Assembly: GCA_013265495.1 (NCBI GenBank) | Contig: MU058257.1 | Location: forward strand, 1,319,262-1,383,261 | From: Vicugna vicugna | Taxonomy: Eukaryota | Length of the DNA: 64,000 nucleotides | Direction of reading: 5' to 3' | Part shown: in pieces, positions 1-10,694 of the stretch | Numbering within the stretch: the first letter of the stretch is position 1 | Layout: each line of letters starts with the position of its first letter | Made by a program: the position numbers and the translations under genes | The notes under the pieces: generated by a model | Told to the model about the DNA's origin: nothing | The model's database searches: none | What the model saw: only the letters and a program-made list of their open reading frames with translations

Positions 1-97
1 ACACTGATGGGAAGATGTACGGTGTTCTTGGACTAGAAGAATCAGCATCGTTAAAGTGACCACACCACCCACAGCAACCTACAGATTCAACGCAATC
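1..97 (+). mobile_element. LINE-1 ORF2 fragment
   Basis: Matches the L1 ORF2 motif ...gttcatggattggaagaatcaatattgttaaaatg...gcaatctacagattcaatgcaatc. Confidence 0.75.
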
Positions 98-1299
98 GGA
101 CAGACACAGTTTCGATGACGTCTTCCCAGTGCAGCGCCCAACCCACCACCTCCCCCCTCTCCGTGGGAAACCGTGAATGGTGCAGCTCTGAGCGTAGGTT
201 CCTAAGACAAAGGACAGGTCAGCGAACGTGACTTTCGATGCTTCCTTCTTTCTAGGAGAGACCCAAGCCTCTCTTGTCCCTGGCACACTGCACAGCTTCT
301 AACGGGGAGATTGTAGGAGGCTCACCTGACCAAGTATTTACACGTCTGAGTAGAACCATCTCCCTGTTGTTTCCATGCAGCGCAGTTTTCACCCCCCGCC
401 CACCATCAAGCTCATGAAGTCCAATCCACTGATGAAAACGGACCTCTTCTTCCTGTTTGTGATGACTTGAACATGCAGTCTCCCAGCAAGGGAAGTTGAC
501 CCTGGGTCCTTAATTTTAAATTCCAGTGACCTCATGTCTCTCAAGGGATGAGACAGGTGCTGTGAGTCACTTCTGCCCTGATTTCCAAATCTGAGCAGCT
601 GCCGAGACCACGTTTGACCCTCTCTTCCTTGCTTCCCTCCTTCTTACACTCTAGGGAAGCAGACTGACCACCTAAGACTAGCCAAGCACCTGAGGGTGAA
701 GCCGGGGGAAGGGCTGTCAAGGTTTCCGGACTGAGGGTGATTTCCAAAGATGGGAGCCGGCCAAGCAACCCTGGGGAAGACCAGCTGGCGGTCTGAAGGT
801 GAGACCCTGGCGTCGAGATGGAACCATTGCAACCACTTCGTTCCGCCTCTCAGGCCAATCCCTCAGGACCAGTAACTCCTACCGGGCTTGGTGAGGAGTT
901 CTTGGTTGGCTCTTCCACCAGGAAGGCCAAAGGAGATTTTAAATATTCATTAGCATTAGTGGCTGAATCCTGCTTCAGCTGGGTTCACTGCCAACTTAAG
1001 GTTGCTCGTCACTTTTGGTGAGAAAGAGAACAAAGACGTACCACCTAAGCTGGCCGGGTGGGTGAGTGAGACAGCAGAACATGTAACTTCCTGAGAGTCT
1101 ACAGGCAGGAAGGACGAGGAGGGAAGGACAGAGATGCTTTTTGTGTAACAAAAATCCACACTCTGTGTCCAGCACTAGCAGGTAGCCTTCCTTACACGTC
1201 GGTGTGCACACACGTATGTATTTTAAGCTAAATAAAGAGGGTTTTGGTTCAGCAATGACCTGGGGTTTTTTCTGCCTGGGTTAAGAAAGCGCATGCTGG

Positions 1300-1800
1300 A
1301 TCACACGGGGGTTGGATTCCCAGCGCACACGTACAGCCTGACTCTGCCCGACACGGGACGCGAGCCTTCCCGTCCGGCGACCACGCGCAGGCGCGGTCTT
1401 GTCGGGGGCGGGGGGGGGGGGCACCGCCGCGGGCGCGGGCGCGGGCGCGGGCACGCTAACCAGCTCGCGCGCACGGTGCCGGTCGCACCACCCAGTTCGT
1501 GCTGACGGCGACGGCTGTCCCGGCGGGTGTCAGCGCTGCTCACGCGGTGCTCGTCAGAAAAGGCCGACGACCCCGCCGCGAGGCAGTCTGAGTTGGTCCC
1601 TCGGAGCCGCGAGGACACAGGCGGAGGCGGCGCCGCGGGGCCACGGCCGGGCCGGGCCCCAGCCCCTGCCGGACGGCTGGCTGCCGCGTGAAGGGGGCCC
1701 GCCGCCCCGGGAGCCCACGGCCTCCCCGCGGCAGCTGGGAGGAACTGGCTTGCTCTGGGCCGGGGGTGGGGGGCTCCTCCCTCCCAGCAGACTGCTGCCC
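1300..1800. promoter_or_regulatory. CpG island / probable promoter, possibly with a minus-strand non-coding first exon ending at 1461
   Basis: Very dense CpG, (GCGGGC)x4 at 1429-1452, G-run at 1404-1421 and candidate donor CTG|gttagc at 1461/1460. Confidence 0.75.
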
Positions 1801-2439
1801 TGAAGGGGTCTGGGTCTGGTCTTGCCTTCTAATTTTTTTTTGAGAGAAGTCAGAATTCCAGGTCCCCTGCCCCCCACAATTTTCACTGTTGGCTTATTTT
1901 ATTTTTTTAATCCAGGGTGAGACCAAAAACGTGTCTGTTTCCGGCCGGCTTTATATTCTGCAGATGCTGCCTGTGTGACACGCTGCACTTCTAGGCTACT
2001 GACTGTCCCTGCACCGAGATAAGGCCAGAGGTCCCCTAGAAACAGACCCAAGAAGCAAATATTAGAACAAAAAAGAAACCCCACTGGGCTTGCCCATGTA
2101 GTCTTGCTTCTAAACTGCCTGCTCCTCCTGATCCGCCTGACCCCACGCGTGCTGGCCTGCAGGCTTGAGGTCTGCCCCACCTTTTCAGACCAGCATATCC
2201 TCAGAGAGAGGAGCTGATTAATTCTTTATGAACTAAAAATACTTTAACATTTGTAGGTTTAATTATGCAAAGGAAATCTGGAAAAGCTGGAATAGAGGGT
2301 GTAGCTTTAAGACCTAGAAGTCAATGGGAGGGAGCACGACCACTCGCCCTTCTTAGCAAGGAGGTGCCACCGTGGTACACACGCTCCTTCCCACAGGAGG
2401 AAGGAGAGACCAAAAGGGGAGAGGGGGCAGACAGGGAGG

Positions 2440-2625
2440 GCAGGGGTCGCATGCGCAGAAGGGGCGATGATTCTCGTCTCCAGGATAAGAGAGGAGATGC
2501 CCCCAAGGAAGAGAGGAGATAAACGTGCATTTTCTCTCTGTAACACCCTCCCCTTTGCTTTCCGTCTTTCCAATTCAGCCAGGAAGCAAGAGATCAAAGT
2601 GCACTTCCTAGTGCACTTCCTGTGT
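2440..2625. promoter_or_regulatory. NRF1-like and tandem ETS motifs flanking the CpG island
   Basis: CGCATGCGCA at 2448-2457. The 12-bp tandem duplication AGTGCACTTCCT x2 at 2598-2621 carries an ETS core (ACTTCC) in each copy. Confidence 0.35.
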
Positions 2626-2836
2626 TAGCCTTTCCCGACCGCTGCAGCCCCTGTTCATCTGTGCCTTTTAGTTCCTCAGTGATCATTGTCCTCTGACCTC
2701 AACTACTATTTTACAGTGTTTGCTACTCCTGTGGGCAGGTGTTTCCCTTTCTTCAGTTGCTGCCTTCATTCCAGCCATTTAACATGTGTATATTTTGTAT
2801 GTCACCTCCCCGCGGCAGGTGGATTCAGCAAATGTT

Positions 2837-3288
2837 TGTGATGGACAGACTGTCGGGTGTCCCCCGACACTTGCCTCTGGGATTCACACCTTTGTGCAAC
2901 CCCCAGGCTTGAGTTTGCATGGGACTTGTGACTTGCATCTATCCAGTGAACTGTGGCCAAGGCCAAGGAATGCACAAGATGACGTGGATGTGGTTCTAGA
3001 AGAACACAGGGTCCGTCTCACTAGCCCATCCCTCTCCCTTCTGGCTTTGAAGGAGGAAGACACCACGAATCACAGCTTCAAAGCACAGAACACTGACAAC
3101 ACGTCCAGGAGCAGGGAAGTGACAACCCAGCCTGGCTGACACCTTGAGTGCCCCAGGATGAGACCCTGAGCTGGGGATTCAGCTTGGCTGTTGCCAGACT
3201 CCGACCCCAGGAAACAGCTACGATGAACAAGGGTTGTTGAGCTCCTGAGTCTGTGTGAGTGTGTCGTGCAGCAACAGAACACCCATAC
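2837..3288 (+). mobile_element. MaLR (MLT1-type) solo LTR, degraded
   Basis: TGTG start, MLT1 hallmark motifs (cagcctggctgacaccttga, gagaccctgagc, cagactccgacccc) and a gcagcaacagaacaccc terminus. Confidence 0.7.
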
Positions 3289-3514
3289 GCTCTGCTGCTC
3301 GCCTCAGCCACGTGACTCAACTCTGCCGGTGGATGTGAGTGATGCAGATGGGGGTATGGAGTGTGATTGCACGGTGGGTCTGCTCGCTGGTGTCTCACTG
3401 CGACCAAAGATGACACACCAACTCCCTCCCTAACCTCCCCTCCTTCACACACACACACCCTCCATCAATATCACCATCACATCACCTTAAACAATGGGAC
3501 GGGGTTGTACCTAC

Positions 3515-3746
3515 TTATTAAATGAGAGAAAGTGGCCCAGAAGGGCACACAGACCTGTGCTCTGCCCACAGCTGCCCCCAAACAAATACTGCCCACTGCA
3601 CAGCCTGCTGGTTAGAGGACAGATTAAGAGAGAGGAGTCTCAATCCACGAACAAGTTTTGCCACAGTCGTTTATACGGCCAGTCACTCTGAAGCTCTGGT
3701 CTCTGAGAAACACTGCACGAAATAAATACGATCGCAGAAGACACCA
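3515..3746 (-). pseudogene. LRR pseudo-exon (...TTVAKLVRGLRLLSLNLSSN.../QYLFGGSCGQSTGLCALLGHFLSFN)
   Basis: Acceptor ccatttttcag| and donor TAA|gtaggt. Clear LxxLxLxLSxN pattern; two stops and a frameshift. Confidence 0.55.
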
Positions 3747-4218
3747 CTGAAAAATGGTCGCTGCTCATCTTGACATGTGAGCCGGACAGAGTGCACGTTC
3801 CACCTGACGCCAGCGTGCGGCCAAGAATGCCCCATGGAAATCTATCCAAATGCTTAAGGTGCCGTCTTTTGTCCACCTCCCCATCACATCACCCCAGACA
3901 CCCTACTCTAGCTCCGTGGTCCTGGCAACTCAGCCCCCATGAGCCCAAGGCAGCAATGTGCGGGGTTCCCCAGAGTGTGGTGAGGAGGGACCTGCCAACC
4001 CCATCGTCGGGTAAAACTGAGGGGCTCATCTCAGCTTCTCCTTGTGGCGGAGACTGGTGACCTGCTAGGGTCTGGCTCAACACACAACTCCCAAGGAGAT
4101 ATTCCCAGTAAAGGCGGGTTTTACTCAGTTTGTCAAGGATTCAGAACTCCTTCAAACTCCCAAATTGCAAAGGCACTGGTACACAATAAAGATTTCGGTG
4201 AACCACGTTGGCTCCTAC

Positions 4219-4408
4219 CTTTGGCCTCTTCATTTTTGCTGTGTATTTCTCAGCCCCAGCAATTTACTTTTTGGCCTGAGTACAGAACTCTTTTCCAAAC
4301 GCTAGTGAATTTCACACCTGCACCTGGCATCCAATTACATCGGATGCACAAAGGACATTATTCTTTTTCCCAATTAAAAAAACGTGAAAGTCAATTTCCA
4401 AATCATGT
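4219..4408 (-). pseudogene. LRR pseudo-exon (HDLEIDFHVFLIGKKNNVLCASDVIGCQVQV*...EFCTQAKK/KLLGLRNT)
   Basis: Acceptor cccacaatctcag| and donor AAG|gtagga. Phase fits the upstream exon; contains stops and a frameshift. Confidence 0.5.
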
Positions 4409-4566
4409 CTGAGATTGTGGGAAATAGCACAGTGCCACACTTGAAGCTTTTTCCTGTTGATGGACTTCTGTCACCTCCCCCCAGGTAGTCCATGGGCACA
4501 CCAGAAGGGAAAACTACCAACTTCTCTGCTTCAGGAACTCTTTCTCCTCCATCTGCCAGCACATAC

Positions 4567-4644
4567 TTCAAAGTCTCATCCTCTCCAGATCCTGGGATTC
4601 CATAGTCAAGATGCCAAATCATCTTATGGTCTGCATTGCACACA
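4567..4644 (-). pseudogene. Pseudo-exon (VCNADHKMIWHLDYGIPGSGEDETLK)
   Basis: Acceptor tctcctttctaag| and donor GAA|gtatgt. 78 nt open, phase 2-2. Confidence 0.5.
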
Positions 4645-5398
4645 CTTAGAAAGGAGACAGTAAATTAAAGTTTCCAAGATGCCATTCATTTATGCTCAGA
4701 GATCCTGTTTTGCCGACCCGACTTCCCCAAGGCTTGGCGATGTCCGCAGGTAACAGCTCAACCTTCCTGTGAGGTTCCTGTGTTTTAGTCAACTTATTTA
4801 AGGGAAATGTATCTTTTTATTGACTTCCTTGGTAGTTACACAGATAGAAAGACTAAAGATCCAGCACCTTAAGGGAACAACCCATCCTGCAAAAGTACAG
4901 GTATTTTTTGGAAACATTTTCATTGGAGAGAAATTAGAGCACATTTCCCTCCCTCTGGATTCATTCTTCTTGCATCCTAGGAATGGAAAAGCTTTTTGTT
5001 CCTTTATGAGTACCAATGGCAAGTCTAAAATTCAGTGATTTCATGGATGTCACTTAAAACAGACACCCGGGCTGGAGCAGGCAAAAAGTGACACCGAAAA
5101 AAACATCTACAGGGCAGACCCATCACAGATCTCTGGAAACAGGCAGCCAGCACTGACCAAAAGCGTTTTGGATCATTAAGCAATGTCTCACTGTGATGTC
5201 CTGTGTGGATGTACAGAGTAGTAATCCTTTCAAAACAGACAGATTGTCAGCATGATAAAGCGGATACAAACCAGTGCTTGAACAGGGACGACCAAAGTGT
5301 TGGGGGCACAGGAGGTCACTGAACTAGTAAGGGATGGTAGCCCAGGGACCAGGAACCAGCGCCATTCAGAGGCTGCAGGTAAACAACGCCTGTCTCAC

Positions 5399-5505
5399 TT
5401 AGATATTCTTCTACACTGATGAGCAATTCCATACAATATTCCTGATCTTGTAATCGCCAGAGAAGTAGTCATCATCTACAGATGTCAGAACTGAGTTCTT
5501 AATTG
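5399..5505 (-). pseudogene. LRR pseudo-exon (SIKNSVLTSVDDDYFSGDYKIRNIVWNCSSV*)
   Basis: Acceptor ctaatttacag| and donor TAA|gtgaga. Continues the frame of the previous exon (CCP-S-IKNSVL). TAG at 5413-5411. Confidence 0.55.
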
Positions 5506-5877
5506 CTGTAAATTAGTGCCTGAACATAGATTCCTCATTAAGCCCATTGCACTCTGTATGGTAAAATGGAGCATGCATCATGTATTGCCTTTCCTGGCAC
5601 TAAAATCCAGAGCATTTTTTGTGAAATCCTTGGGACAGAGCAGCAGAGAGAGACAGCCAGTGGGTGTGTGGCAGGTTCCCGTCCCCGAAGATGTGCTTAT
5701 TTTATGGGAGAAAACCTCTCAATGTTGCCTAGGTTTTAACTACGTTGTGCCCATCTCTGAACACTTTTGCTCCTCCTAGAGGAACCTGGAGTACTTCCTC
5801 CCATGGCCCATGGTTTGCCTCCTGTCACCTGTGCAGGCAAGGAAGCTCAAACTGCTAAATGAAAAGGGAAGGAAGGA

Positions 5878-6743
5878 GTTAAATTAGGAGTTTGGGATTA
5901 ACATGTACACACTGTATATAAAACAGATAAACAACAGTGACCTTCTGTAGAGCATAGGGAAATGTATTCAGTATCTTGTAATAACCTATAATGGAAAAGA
6001 ACCTGAAAAAGAATATGTATGTAATATCTGGAGGGAACTCTAATTCAAAAAGATACATGCATGCCAATGTTCACAGCAGCACTATATACAATAGCCAAGA
6101 CATGGAAACAACCTAAATGTCCACTGACAGATGACTAGATAGAGAAGTTATGGTACATTTACACAGTGGAATACTACTCAGCCATAAAAAGAAAATAATG
6201 CCATTTGCAGCAACATGGATGGACTTGGAGATCATCACTCTAAGTGAAGTAAGCCAGAAAGAGAAAGAAAAATACCATATGATATCACTCATATGTGGAA
6301 TCTAAAAAAAGAAAAAACGAGGACGCTAATGAACTCACCTACAAAACAGAAACAGATTCACAGACGCAGTAAACAATCTTATGGTTCCCAGGGGAAAGGA
6401 GGTGGGAAGGGATAATTTGGGAGTTTAAGATTTGCAAATGTTAGCCACTATATATAAAAATAGATTTAAAAAAACAAATTTCTTCTGTAGAGCACAGGGA
6501 ACTGGATTCAATATCTTGTAATAACCTTTAATGAAAACGAATATAAAAATGAATATATGTCTGCATATGCACGACTGGGACATTGTGCTGCACACCAGAA
6601 ACTGACACGTTGTAACTGACTATATACTTCAATTAAAAAAAAGAATATTTATGTATAACTGAATCACTTTGCTGTACACCTGAAACTATAAATCAACCAT
6701 ACTTTGTAATCAACCATACTTCAATTAAAAAGGCGGGGGTGAT
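5878..6743 (+). mobile_element. LINE-1 3' end interrupted by a younger L1
   Basis: L1 3'UTR motifs. 14-bp TSD AAGGGAAGGAAGGA at 5864-5877 and 6744-6757. Confidence 0.85.
6024..6638 (+). mobile_element. 5'-truncated LINE-1 (ORF2 end + 3'UTR) nested in the previous L1
   Basis: ORF2 C-terminal sequence and A tail. 17-bp TSD aaaagaatat(g/t)tatgta at 6007-6023 and 6639-6655. Confidence 0.9.
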
Positions 6744-7136
6744 AAGGGAAGGAAGGAACAGGCTATGATGCTGTGACAAAGTACACTCTGAACTTCAGCT
6801 TAGGTATGCATTCGCCTGGCCTGACTAAGAAGACTGGGGCTTTCTGCTGTGGTCTGCCTCTCAGACTGGAAGATTTATGAGGAATGGGAGAAAGGGTGGG
6901 AGGGTTAAACCAAGAAATGTATCAATTACCAAACTACAAATAAAAATAGCTCCTCTGCACAAGCTTCATTAAGTTTTATCAGCAAGTATCTTGGGGTTTT
7001 ACACTCAAACCACAGGTCATAAATTCACAGTAAATCCCCCATATGTTCACCAAACACCTGAATTCAATTTCTCTTCTGGTTGTGAAGCAGGAGTGTGGTG
7101 CTCAAATTAATTATGCATGCAAAGTTAGTTTCTAAC

Positions 7137-7260
7137 AAGGGCAGCATTTCTGCAATGCTGAAAGGTATTTATAACGTCTGAAATTGGGGGCTAGATCTTT
7201 CTTCAATCTTAGCACTTTCATATTGGTGTGTAAGTGTAAATTCTCTCTTCCAAGTCTGCG
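7137..7260 (-). pseudogene. LRR pseudo-exon (RRLGRENLHLHTNMKVLRLKKDLAPNFRRYKYLSALQKCCP)
   Basis: Strong acceptor cttttatttttccacag| and donor CTT|gttaga. 124 nt open, phase 0 to phase 1. Confidence 0.6.
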
Positions 7261-7592
7261 CTGTGGAAAAATAAAAGTTGGTGAGTACTTTGTATAATGT
7301 TTGCATTTTTCTGTAGACAATCCCAGATATTTGTGAGATGTAACAAACGGTCTTAATATTTCCTATAAGGATTCCAGACAAATATTTCTAGGGGGAGGTA
7401 CAATGCACCTTGAATTATAGAGAAAGTCTAAAGTGAGACTCAATGTCTATATTTATATATGTCTGAATGCACATGTGAAATTAGCTACTTAGGAAATATC
7501 ATGTCATTTTCAGTTTATTTTCACAGTTTTACTCATCATCGGTAATATGAAAAGAATTATGAGGAACTTATGCAAATCCCAGAGGCACTTAC

Positions 7593-7712
7593 TTTCCTCA
7601 GCTGGTAAAATTCATTTTCAGATTCTGACACCCATGATTTGTTGTCCATTTCACACCAATTTTAGTGTAATAAATCACAACAAATTAAAAACACACAGCT
7701 ATGTTCTCTGGG
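7593..7712 (-). pseudogene. LRR pseudo-exon (AQRT*LCVFNLL*FITL/NWCEMDNKSWVSESENEFYQLRK)
   Basis: Acceptor cccttttag| and consensus donor AAA|gtaagt. One frameshift; phase-0 end. Confidence 0.55.
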
Positions 7713-8328
7713 CTAAAAGGGTGGTCACAGAGCTGTTCATTCTGCATTTGTTGTGGCTGTGATGAGCCACGGGGAGGGTCACCTCTCGCCAGCAGACAGA
7801 CTCGGGACTGGGTCTCACTCGGAGCCCCTCTGTGGTCATTTGGTAACAGGGCTATCATTTTATAACAGCAAAATCTCAGGAATGTCCCCCTCGCCCCATT
7901 TTATTACTCTCATCACTCTTCCTTATTAGCCTGTCACTGGGCTCAGGCAGGAGTGAGCAAAATTTAGCTTTACTTTTTCAGGGGGAATTCCTCCAGCTAC
8001 AAAGAACACACACGTGCACAGACAGACATAATTTCAGGACCCAACAAAAAATACGAGAAAAGACATTCCACTGTGAGCCTGAGGTGGCTCCCCCGACTAG
8101 TAAATTTCACGGAAATAATCTAAGTTGATTTCTACCCCAAAGGGTTGCTCAGTCTTGTAGACATACCTCCAGTGATGCATTCACTTAAAACTCGGCACAA
8201 AGGTAATATTTAGCAAGATTAAAAAAGCTATCCATATGAAGCTCTCAAAGAGATCATATTCTAAGAAACCTTTCTAAACAGTCTTTTGAACAGTGTGAGG
8301 GTGAATGTTAGAATCTAAAACCCCTGAG

Positions 8329-8425
8329 AGGGAGTGGAGGGTACAGCTTAGTGGTACAGTATGTGCTCAGCATGCACGAGGTCCTGGGTTCAATCCCCAG
8401 GACCTCCATAAAATAAATAAAAAAT
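8329..8425 (+). mobile_element. tRNA-Ala-derived SINE (camelid Vic-1-like)
   Basis: tRNA-Ala(AGC)-like body with A/B boxes, an A-rich tail and flanking TAAAACCCC repeats. Confidence 0.85.
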
Positions 8426-8585
8426 AAAACCCCAGGAATGGTGGGTAAATCCAGGTGGACCCTCCCCAGGGCCCCGTGAGACACGTGGACTGAGCTGTGG
8501 ACAGAAGCAGGGTCTTGGCACCCAGGCAGGCAACTCTGCATGGCTTCAAACGAATGATGGGAGAGAAAATGCTTTCCAGGTATAC

Positions 8586-8742
8586 CTATGAATTTAAGTG
8601 CACTCTTGATAATAAAATGTTACTGTCCATAAGAAACCACATGTCATTTTTTTCTTTGCACAATGCAAGCAGCAGTTATGATTTGGGGTTAATGCCCAAA
8701 GTGCACTTGCTTTTTACAGATTGTGTGATTTTCTCAAACTGT
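8586..8742 (-). pseudogene. LRR pseudo-exon (FEKITQ/CKKQVHF...IIKSALKFI)
   Basis: Acceptor ccatttaatag| and donor TAG|gtatac. The phase-1 end joins the next exon as SALKFI-A-QRT*LCVFNL. Confidence 0.45.
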
Positions 8743-9908
8743 CTATTAAATGGCAAGGACACGTAAGGTTATTCTAATGGGTTAGAGAGCAGAGGAAAGT
8801 TTATGGATTATACTCTTCATTCAGTAAAACCGCTGGGGATATATAGGTTAGTCAGTTGAGATCCAGAGTTAAAGCCTGTGCTTCCAACTGAAATACACAT
8901 TTGAGCATCTGAATAAAGAGCAGAAGGATTTTAACATTACAGGAGAAAACCCTGAAGAACTAAAAGAAAAGTGAAAAGCAGGAACGCGTTATGGAAATTT
9001 GAAATAAAGGAGCAATGGAAATTAAATTACAAAACCTGATGGGTTTTGATGGCAAAATAAAACGATTATCGTGTTCTTCATATGACAGAGGTTTTATCAG
9101 ACAAGCAGAGACACCAATTACAGAACCATTACTTTAATTCTTTAATCATAAAATGATTACATAGAATTTAAGGCTAACATTTCCTTTGTTTTTGCGTTCT
9201 CTGTCTTTAATGACAGAATAATTGCAAAATACTATACAAAACTAAGCTTTTTTTAAGATAAAAATTCCAGTGCAATGCAGTACTCAACACTCATGTCATA
9301 ATTCTAAACAGTGGCTACATTCTATATGGGTTTTCTGAAATGAGTTAAAGTGGAAAAGAAATGTAACAGGAGACACAGTGCCTATGGGTTTCGTAAGTGG
9401 CTAACTCTGAAACACTGATAACTAGAATGAAAGCAGAAACACAAATTTATTCATTTTCTAAAAAACAAAACAAAATACTAGATGAGTCCAAATAGAGTTG
9501 GCATATATTATTTTTAATCATTTTTAAAGATCATTGGAATATTTTTCTTGACTGGTGATTAATTTTTTACTTCTTTTTATGCTCTGAATTAATTTCATAG
9601 TTATTAGTTGATAATTTTCTAGGCTTTTCTTCTATTCACTATTTGGCCATGACCCAACTGACAAATTCTTTCTCTGGATAGAGAAATAAGACAGATGTCA
9701 ATCAACTCAAAATCTCATTTTACGTTTTGGTGAATTGTTATGAGAAACACAAAAAGTGTGACTATATGGGTTTGGAACTATTGATAGTCTTTGAAAATGG
9801 CTTGCATCATCCTTTTGTAAATTATATTTTTTTCCACAGTGACACTCACATATGTAAGTGTATATTTTAGGATGCAACTAAAAGGCTTAAAATAAAAAAA
9901 AATCCTAC

Positions 9909-10099
9909 TTCATCACATTTTGTCCCCCAAAGTACACTCGTAAGAGTTTTAGCTCTTTTCTATGACATATCATTTGAACTCAACACGAGGCGGTCAGAGT
10001 CGCCTGATGTCACCCCTGGTTTGTGCGGCTCTCTCCTCAATGGTCCCTGTGTGGTCCATTTCTTCCCCTTAGTGATGTCTGACATCATATTCAATATTA
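9909..10099 (-). pseudogene. LRR pseudo-exon (disrupted; ...MICHRKELKLLRVYFGGQNVMK)
   Basis: GC-richer block in AT-rich DNA. Acceptor tttactttaag| and donor GAA|gtagga. Stops in all frames. Confidence 0.45.
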
Positions 10100-10284
10100 C
10101 TTAAAGTAAATGATCATTAGGACCCATTGCACAAAACAAAAGCTAAGGACCTCACAAAAATCCATATCTAACCAAATACCTCTGGTATTTAACTATGTAT
10201 TTCTGAATAAAACATTTATATCACCATCTTCTGATTTATTCATTTTAAACATCTGTTTTTTCCCTATCACTTTAATTTTGTGTC

Positions 10285-10430
10285 TATATGAGATAATGGG
10301 TGCTCACTAAGCTTACTGTGACAATCATCTCATGATGCACGCAAGTCAAAGCCTCACGCTGTCCACCTTAGACTCACAGCGTGTATCCAGTTATGTCTCA
10401 ACAGAACAGGAAGAAAACAAAACAAAACAC
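10285..10430 (+). mobile_element. Old L1M 3' end fragment
   Basis: ctatatgagataatgggtgctcactaagcttactgtgacaatcat...tatgtctcaacagaacaggaagaaaa resembles old L1M 3' termini. Confidence 0.6.
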
Positions 10431-10694
10431 TATCTGCTGACTCCCTGGGAAGGAAGGTGAAGCCTTGGCTCTCTTGAACACTGCAACCTCAATTCCCACT
10501 CCCAAGTCCTCCCAATACAATTCCAGCACAACTTGCAACAATGTTTTCATGTTTACATTGTCTGTATGTTGTCTACTGCTAATTCAAGTGAAGCGTTACC
10601 AGTACGTTTCCTTTCTCCCTTGACATCCATGGGTTTTTTTTCCCCCTTCGTTTCCTCAGAACCCATCTCTAAATTTTCCACCCTCAAAAGACTT

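Noticed and set aside
1293..1886. Overlapping 70-134 aa Gly/Arg/Pro-rich ORFs as a coding exon
   Set aside because: They are an expected by-product of a stop-poor CpG island; there is no recognisable protein, and the longer ORFs start at non-ATG codons.
4567..5505. Tudor- or GAF-domain reading of FSGDYKIRNIV / WHLDYG
   Set aside because: The matches are only superficial; the flanking exons consistently fit LRR spacing instead.
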